A stretch of DNA of 47,494 bases from a virus: IMG/VR virus record IMGVR_UViG_3300029868_000036, positions 1 to 47,494 of that record. The stretch is one strand, 5' to 3'. Shown piece by piece: positions 42,448 through 47,494 of the stretch. Below the pieces are notes generated by a model that ran no database searches, was not told the DNA's origin, and saw nothing but the letters and a program-made list of their open reading frames with translations. A program made the position numbers and the translations under genes. The stretch's first letter is position 1; each line of letters opens with the position of its first letter.

Positions 42448-43774
42448 AAAAATGGATAACTTAGAAAATATTAGAATGCTGGTACTCTCATCTATACTAA
42501 CAGCAAATGAGTTTAGTGAGATAGACTTAGATGTAGTCATGAACTCTCATATAAGCAAAGAGTGGTTCATAGATGAGGCTCAAGCTACTATGTTTGAAGT
42601 CATGAGTGTTTGTCATACTGGTTCTATCGCATTTGATGATAGTGTTGTCATAAACTACATGAAAAAAGCAGGTGTAGTTCACCCTGAAAATATGCTTTTA
42701 AACATAATGGCACAAAAACAAGTCCCTCAAAATGTTTTAATGGAGCATATACAAACACTTAAAGAGTCATACAGAAGAAGAATGTTACAGGTGTTAAACA
42801 CTGACATAGCAAAAATGCTTCAAGATGAGACAGTAAGTTCAGATGCTATAACTCAGATGATACAAAACTCCATAGACGACTATGCAAGTCTCAACAAGGG
42901 ATCATCTACTCGCAGACTAAGCGAAGTAAGAAAAATAAGAAAATCAAAACCACAAGCACAGAGAATAAGAACTCACATACCATTTATAGATACAGTGCTT
43001 ACAGACAAGCATGGTGCAAAAGGCATAAGAAATGAGGGGCTATTTTTTATAAGTGGAAAAAAACAGAGTGGAAAAACTTTTGTACTCACACGACTTATAG
43101 AAAATGTATCTAGAGAACATCCCGTTATGTTTGGAAGTATGGAGTTTGGGCAAGAGCTTTATGATGAAAACATAGAACAGCAACAAGAAGAGAAAGTGTT
43201 TGATGGGAACATAGATAACATATTTACCTTTGATGATATTTATGATGTAAGTGGAATTATAGCTGAGATAAGACTCCAGCATAAGCTATTTGGCATAAAG
43301 CTAGTAGCACTTGACTCAATGATGAGAATGACAAACAACAACCCAGACCTTAAAACAGATGAGAGAAGAATATCAGAAATGTTCTCTAAGCTTGGAAAGT
43401 TATCTAAAGAGTTGAAGGTGCCTATTATAGTAATTGTTCAGAGTTCTAAAGAGGATTTAAAGAGTAGCATCATTAGTGTTAAGGGTAGTATGAATGCTGA
43501 CCATGAGGCTTATGTATGGTTCCATCTTGCCAAGACTAAACCTAAAGAGCCTGATGATGAGATGCGAACGGTTATCTGGAATAAAAATAAAGATACACAT
43601 AAGCACCCAAAACAGAACCTTATGTTTGTTCCTCAAACAAGTGACTTTTATAGAGTTGAAGTTGATGAGCATGGTAATGCTGCTAAAGCACTTGATAAGT
43701 TTAGAGCACCACCAATAAATCATGTAGAAGTAGCATATGAAGAAGCACCTACTTTAGATATGCCCGTATTTTAA
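42428..43774 (+). CDS. DnaB-like replicative helicase
   Basis: 448 aa. It has a DnaB-N-like helical N-terminus, Walker A FISGKKQSGKTF and Walker-B-like LVALDSMMRM. Confidence 0.7.
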   Translation: MKHKEYKKMDNLENIRMLVLSSILTANEFSEIDLDVVMNSHISKEWFIDEAQATMFEVMSVCHTGSIAFDDSVVINYMKKAGVVHPENMLLNIMAQKQVPQNVLMEHIQTLKESYRRRMLQVLNTDIAKMLQDETVSSDAITQMIQNSIDDYASLNKGSSTRRLSEVRKIRKSKPQAQRIRTHIPFIDTVLTDKHGAKGIRNEGLFFISGKKQSGKTFVLTRLIENVSREHPVMFGSMEFGQELYDENIEQQQEEKVFDGNIDNIFTFDDIYDVSGIIAEIRLQHKLFGIKLVALDSMMRMTNNNPDLKTDERRISEMFSKLGKLSKELKVPIIVIVQSSKEDLKSSIISVKGSMNADHEAYVWFHLAKTKPKEPDDEMRTVIWNKNKDTHKHPKQNLMFVPQTSDFYRVEVDEHGNAAKALDKFRAPPINHVEVAYEEAPTLDMPVF

Positions 43775-43876
43775 ATAATTTCCCTCGGGGAAAAATGGAG
43801 AAGATAATGACTGCAAGTGAGAGAAAAAAGTTGAGAAAAAAAAGAAAAGCTAGACTAGAAAAAGGAGAATAAGATT

Positions 43877-44398
43877 ATGGCACAAATAGGAAGAGTTTAT
43901 AAAGATAGTTATGTTAAAAATGGTAAAGAGTTCCCACTACTAGTTCTTGATATAAGAACTATAAGCATACGAAAAAAGTTTACAATAAGTGTAAATAAAA
44001 ACAAGTATGAAAATGGTGATGTTACATCTATTGCAGTGCAAGGTAAAGAAGAGCATCCTGATTATCATATTTGGTATAACTTCTCTAACCGTGGGGAATC
44101 TATACCATCGGTAATAGTTGGAAATATAAAAAATGCTACAAGTGAGGGTGGACTTGCATATAAAAGAGCGAAGATATTTGACCCTTTTTTATCTAAAGAG
44201 AATATTTATTTTACACTATTTAGTGTTGATGATGATAAAAAGATAGATAAAAATCATCTGTACAATGTAGTTGCAGAACCTTACAGGAAGATAACTACAG
44301 GTTCTCATGACTATACACAAGAAGCACACCCATCATATAGTAAAAATGATACAAGTACTGCATCTGAATCGACTACAGATGAAGAGATACCATTTTAA
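43877..44398 (+). CDS. ssb: Single-stranded DNA-binding protein candidate with canonical acidic C-terminal tip
   Basis: The 173-aa protein ends in TTDEEIPF, matching the bacterial SSB C-terminal D-D-D-I-P-F protein-interaction tip. The N-terminal part is not a textbook SSB OB sequence. Confidence 0.5.
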   Translation: MAQIGRVYKDSYVKNGKEFPLLVLDIRTISIRKKFTISVNKNKYENGDVTSIAVQGKEEHPDYHIWYNFSNRGESIPSVIVGNIKNATSEGGLAYKRAKIFDPFLSKENIYFTLFSVDDDKKIDKNHLYNVVAEPYRKITTGSHDYTQEAHPSYSKNDTSTASESTTDEEIPF

Positions 44399-44401
44399 CA
44401 A

Positions 44402-45955
44402 ATGAGTGATATTCAAAAGATTTTAGCAAAAAAGAAAGCAGAACCTCTTGCTTTAGCCCTTGCTAGAAAAGACCTACTGCATTATGCAAGGTATATATTT
44501 GCAGAGGAGTATGAGACCCCACTTCTTGAGTCGTGGTATCATAGACTTCTTTGTGATGCACTGATGAAGGTTGCAAGTGGAGATGTTACTAGACTCATCA
44601 TCAACATGCCTCCAGCTTATGGAAAAACAGAGTTTGCAGTACGACTTTTTGTCTCATGGTTTTTGGGAAATGCACCAAAGAAAAGAGTTATATATACTTC
44701 TTACTCTGATGACTTAGCTACAAAAACACCTGCTGAAGTAAAGGAACTTATAAAGTCAAAATCGTATAACAAAGTGTTTGATGGTATTTCACTTGGTAGA
44801 AAAACAGCAGATAAGGAGTGGTACTTAGAGTCTAAGGGTGGAATGTTCTCCACAACTGTAGGTGGTGGTATCACTGGTTTTCACGGAAATATAGTCATCA
44901 TAGATGATCCAATGAAAGCAATAGAGAAAAACTCAAAGGCTACAAGAGATTTAGTTACGAACTTTTACAAAGGCTCTATATCTTCAAGACTCAGAAAAGA
45001 TGACCCCAATAGTGCCATAATAGTAATCATGCAAAGACTCCATGAAGATGACTTAGTCGGATACTTGCTTGATGAAGAAGATGGAATCTGGACACATATA
45101 AATCTTACAGGTATAGAAGATAAACCACAAATGTACGACTTCTTTGAGTATCACTATAAAAGAGCTGCAAATGAACCACTTAATCAATTTTTTGAGACAC
45201 AAGAAGCATTAGCACAACAAAAAAAAGTGATGAAAGAGGACTGGTACTCTCAGTATATGCAAGACCCTCGTACTATAGAAACTGGGTATGTGAGTAGTGA
45301 AGATTTTGTGAGTGTTGCCTCGTGGGAGCTTAGTGAAGATAACAAGTGCATAAGTATAGACCCTGCTCAATCTACAAAGCAGACATCCGATAACAGAGCC
45401 ATAAGTGTTGTAGGAAGTTTTTTAAGTGAAGAAAAAATAGAACTTTTTAATGTGTATGGAACTTGGTTTGGGAAGTGGACTAACGAAGTGTTTATCATTC
45501 AAATCATTGAAGTTATGACAAAATATCCTAATGTTCCTGTTTTTATGGAAAGTAGTGGTGGAGGAATAATTACAGAGCAGTATCTAAAAAAAGAGATACA
45601 AAAAGTAAACTATCAACTCAAACTTCAAGGTAAAAAAACTCTTACAAATAGAGTAATACTTTTTAATCCAAAAACAAAAATAAGTAAAAACCAAAAAATA
45701 GACCAAAGCATAACATACTTGAAAAACCATCAAATACGAACGGTTGTAGGTGCTGTAGGACAAGAGCAGGTAGAGTTAGAGTATAAAGGTTTCCACCCAG
45801 AAAAAGACTCTAAAGAGGATGACTGCATAGAGACTATAGCAAATGTGGTTATAAATAATTTTGTGACTCCAAAGTCTCCAGCAAAGAAAAAAACAACCAT
45901 CTCTATGGGCGATAATCGCAGAAGAAATTCTCATCGTGGTAAGTATAGAATTTAA
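44402..45955 (+). CDS. terL: Terminase large subunit
   Basis: 517 aa. Walker A-like is MPPAYGKTEF and Walker B is NIVIIDDP. A C-terminal nuclease-like region carries conserved acidic residues. Confidence 0.85.
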   Translation: MSDIQKILAKKKAEPLALALARKDLLHYARYIFAEEYETPLLESWYHRLLCDALMKVASGDVTRLIINMPPAYGKTEFAVRLFVSWFLGNAPKKRVIYTSYSDDLATKTPAEVKELIKSKSYNKVFDGISLGRKTADKEWYLESKGGMFSTTVGGGITGFHGNIVIIDDPMKAIEKNSKATRDLVTNFYKGSISSRLRKDDPNSAIIVIMQRLHEDDLVGYLLDEEDGIWTHINLTGIEDKPQMYDFFEYHYKRAANEPLNQFFETQEALAQQKKVMKEDWYSQYMQDPRTIETGYVSSEDFVSVASWELSEDNKCISIDPAQSTKQTSDNRAISVVGSFLSEEKIELFNVYGTWFGKWTNEVFIIQIIEVMTKYPNVPVFMESSGGGIITEQYLKKEIQKVNYQLKLQGKKTLTNRVILFNPKTKISKNQKIDQSITYLKNHQIRTVVGAVGQEQVELEYKGFHPEKDSKEDDCIETIANVVINNFVTPKSPAKKKTTISMGDNRRRNSHRGKYRI

Positions 45956-45981
45956 AACTATCAAATATATACCCCACTTAA
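45949..45981 (+). promoter_or_regulatory. Conserved intergenic motif copy 3 (33 bp identical to 7801-7833)
   Basis: It overlaps the terL stop. CATAAT lies 28 nt downstream and the ATG of the next gene 47 nt downstream. Confidence 0.5.
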
Positions 45982-46027
45982 GCATAAATATATAGTTAAA
46001 ATCGTTCTCATAATTTAAAGGTTTATA

Positions 46028-46540
46028 ATGAGAATAGTATCTTTGCCTATAGCAAAACTCGGTTTGATTGTTGGAGATGTTATAAAACTAGAGCTTGTTG
46101 ATAGTGTTGGAAATCTAATGGTTTCTAGTTCTGGATATGCACTTAATGCTTCTATCACTCTTGATGCTACAACATTTGAGTACAGTTTACTAGAGAGTGA
46201 ATCAATATCTCAGCTATCAAACTACAGACTTACTCTACCAAATTCATTAACTTTTAACTTTCAGGTTCCATACTCTTTTGAAAATGCAAATCATGACTTA
46301 TTATCTCTTTTACAAGTTGGATGTTTTTACGGGATAGTGACTAAAGATGGGGACAATGTGATTTTGGATGAAAAGTTTATAAAAAAGATAGAACTTTACC
46401 TCACAAATAAAAATCCGCACTTTACTGATACTGAAAAAAGCATAATATCTCTATATGAGTACTATGCAGATGAAGTGCTAATAACAGAAAATACAATAGA
46501 TATTATCAGACTGATGGATATATATCTATCTAAAATATAA
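46028..46540 (+). CDS. Hypothetical tail-module protein
   Basis: 170-aa ORF between the terminase and fibre genes. Confidence 0.45.
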   Translation: MRIVSLPIAKLGLIVGDVIKLELVDSVGNLMVSSSGYALNASITLDATTFEYSLLESESISQLSNYRLTLPNSLTFNFQVPYSFENANHDLLSLLQVGCFYGIVTKDGDNVILDEKFIKKIELYLTNKNPHFTDTEKSIISLYEYYADEVLITENTIDIIRLMDIYLSKI

Positions 46541-46559
46541 AGAAAACTGGAGAACATAA

Positions 46560-47494
46560 ATGAGCCTCATAAATAATATAAATACAATAGCAGATGATTT
46601 GAACTTAGGTCTTGCTTCAAAGATAGTTATTATCAATGATAATATTTCTACTTTTGATGTAAAAGTAACAGATTCTATTATCGCTCTTGATACACAAGCA
46701 GGTTCTAAACAAGCACAACTAGACACATACACAACAACAAAAGAGACTCAGCTCACAGCATTTAAAGATGCAAAAGTAGTAGACCTAGACACATACACAA
46801 CAACAAAAGAGACTCAACTCACAGCATTTAAAGATGCAAAAGTAGTAGACCTAGACACATACACAACAACAAAAGAGACTCAACTCACAGCATTTAAAGA
46901 TGCAAAAGTAGTAGACCTAGATACTCATACTGTAACCAAGCAGACTCAGCTAGATACTTATGAAGTAGCAAAAGAGACAGAGCTTGATGCACACAGAGAC
47001 ATTAAGATAACAGAGCTTGATACACACACAACTACTAAACAAACTCAATTAGATACTCACACAACAACAAAAGAGACTCAAATAGATACATATACAGCAG
47101 GGTTTCTTGCAAGTATGTTAGCTACTAAAACAAAGACAGGTAGGTATCTTCGTAATGTAGAAGAGCATGCTTATGATGTAGATAAAAAGTTTACCTACAT
47201 TAAGGCTATTGAGGGAACCAAGGTAAAAGCTTTAGATGAAGTGACACTTCTTAAAAAAGATGCTATTAATCAGTATAGTAATCTAAAAAAAGTAGAACTA
47301 GATAGTTATGTCACTACTGTAAATAAACCAGTACTTGATACTCATACTATAAGTAAACAGACGCAACTTGACACATACACAACAACAAAAGAGACTCAAC
47401 TCACAGCATTTAAAGATGCAAAAGTAGTCGACCTTGACACATACACAACAACAAAAGAGACTCAACTCACAGCATTTAAAGATGCAAAAGTAGT
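46560..47494 (+). CDS. N-terminal part of the wrap-around tail-fibre-like repeat protein (continues at 1..305; about 376 aa in total)
   Basis: I translated from ATG 46560 to the window end and found no in-frame stop. The protein has repeated 11/22-residue units (DTYTTTKETQL TAFKDAKVVDL). It is absent from the ORF track because it lacks a stop inside the window. Confidence 0.6.
   Translation, partial: MSLINNINTIADDLNLGLASKIVIINDNISTFDVKVTDSIIALDTQAGSKQAQLDTYTTTKETQLTAFKDAKVVDLDTYTTTKETQLTAFKDAKVVDLDTYTTTKETQLTAFKDAKVVDLDTHTVTKQTQLDTYEVAKETELDAHRDIKITELDTHTTTKQTQLDTHTTTKETQIDTYTAGFLASMLATKTKTGRYLRNVEEHAYDVDKKFTYIKAIEGTKVKALDEVTLLKKDAINQYSNLKKVELDSYVTTVNKPVLDTHTISKQTQLDTYTTTKETQLTAFKDAKVVDLDTYTTTKETQLTAFKDAKV
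46722..46919 (+). repeat. Three near-perfect 66-bp in-frame tandem repeats
   Basis: Units start at 46722, 46788 and 46854. Copy 1 differs by one base (cagctc vs caactc). Degenerate 33-bp units follow to about 47100. Confidence 0.9.
47370..47494 (+). repeat. Second cluster of the same 66-bp repeat (about 2 units, continuing to position 116 after the junction)
   Basis: Units start at 47370 and 47436. The first unit carries the variant GTCGACCTT and the second ends in GTGGACCTA after the wrap. Confidence 0.85.

Noticed and set aside
43795-43872. 25-codon highly basic mini-ORF (MEKIMTASERKKLRKKRKARLEKGE) between the helicase and the SSB-like gene
   Set aside because: It is too short and too low in complexity (an A-rich spacer). 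Its 3' end coincides with the AAAGGAG RBS of the next gene. There is no independent support.
46722-47494. Regularly spaced 66-bp repeats as a possible CRISPR array
   Set aside because: The units are contiguous with no unique spacers, lie in-frame within an open reading frame, and encode an 11/22-residue protein repeat. There is no leader or cas context.

Overview
The window is a circularly permuted, apparently complete genome of about 47.4 kb from an AT-rich temperate tailed phage. Bases 1-109 are identical to 47386-47494, so the unique length is about 47,385 bp. No similarity searches were possible. All calls rest on motifs, gene order and repeats read directly from the sequence.

Layout:
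- A long + strand late block runs from about 43877, across the junction, to 27623. It holds SSB, large terminase, tail-fibre genes, a DGR, a lysis cassette, scaffold, capsid, portal and a 4061-aa giant protein.
- Next come attP and an integrase (27635-29012).
- A - strand early/replication block spans 29004-37667: YopX, DUF3310-like, DnaG primase, DEDDh exonuclease, ParB, ParA and a second small tyrosine recombinase.
- A small + strand cassette (37940-38966) encodes an HTH protein and two signal-peptide proteins.
- A 1.2-kb gene-free region spans 38967-40171.
- An immunity/replication module spans 40172-43774: CI/LexA-like repressor, a divergent small HTH, a winged-helix protein and a DnaB-like helicase.

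Most notable items:
1. A complete diversity-generating retroelement (target-avd-TR-RT). Its 119-bp VR and TR differ at 19 positions, 17 of them TR adenines, recoding the C-terminus of a tail-fibre protein.
2. A 12.2-kb single ORF encoding a polyvalent protein (N6-adenine methyltransferase, SF2/SNF2-like helicase, HExxH zincin) in the position of a head-internal protein.
3. Both an integration module (attP carrying the 3' 45 nt of a CAT-anticodon tRNA, flanked by 29-bp direct repeats) and a plasmid-style parAB plus resolvase-like recombinase module.
4. The 1.2-kb non-coding region, which has a perfect 27-bp inverted repeat bracketing about 714 bp of strongly G+T-skewed sequence, four TGGATTAT repeats, an AT-rich palindrome and a G8 tract.
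5. A conserved ACCCCACTTAA-containing motif at a fixed distance (47-55 nt) upstream of four operon starts.
6. A roughly 85-nt hairpin with strand-specific G:U pairs just upstream of the capsid gene.
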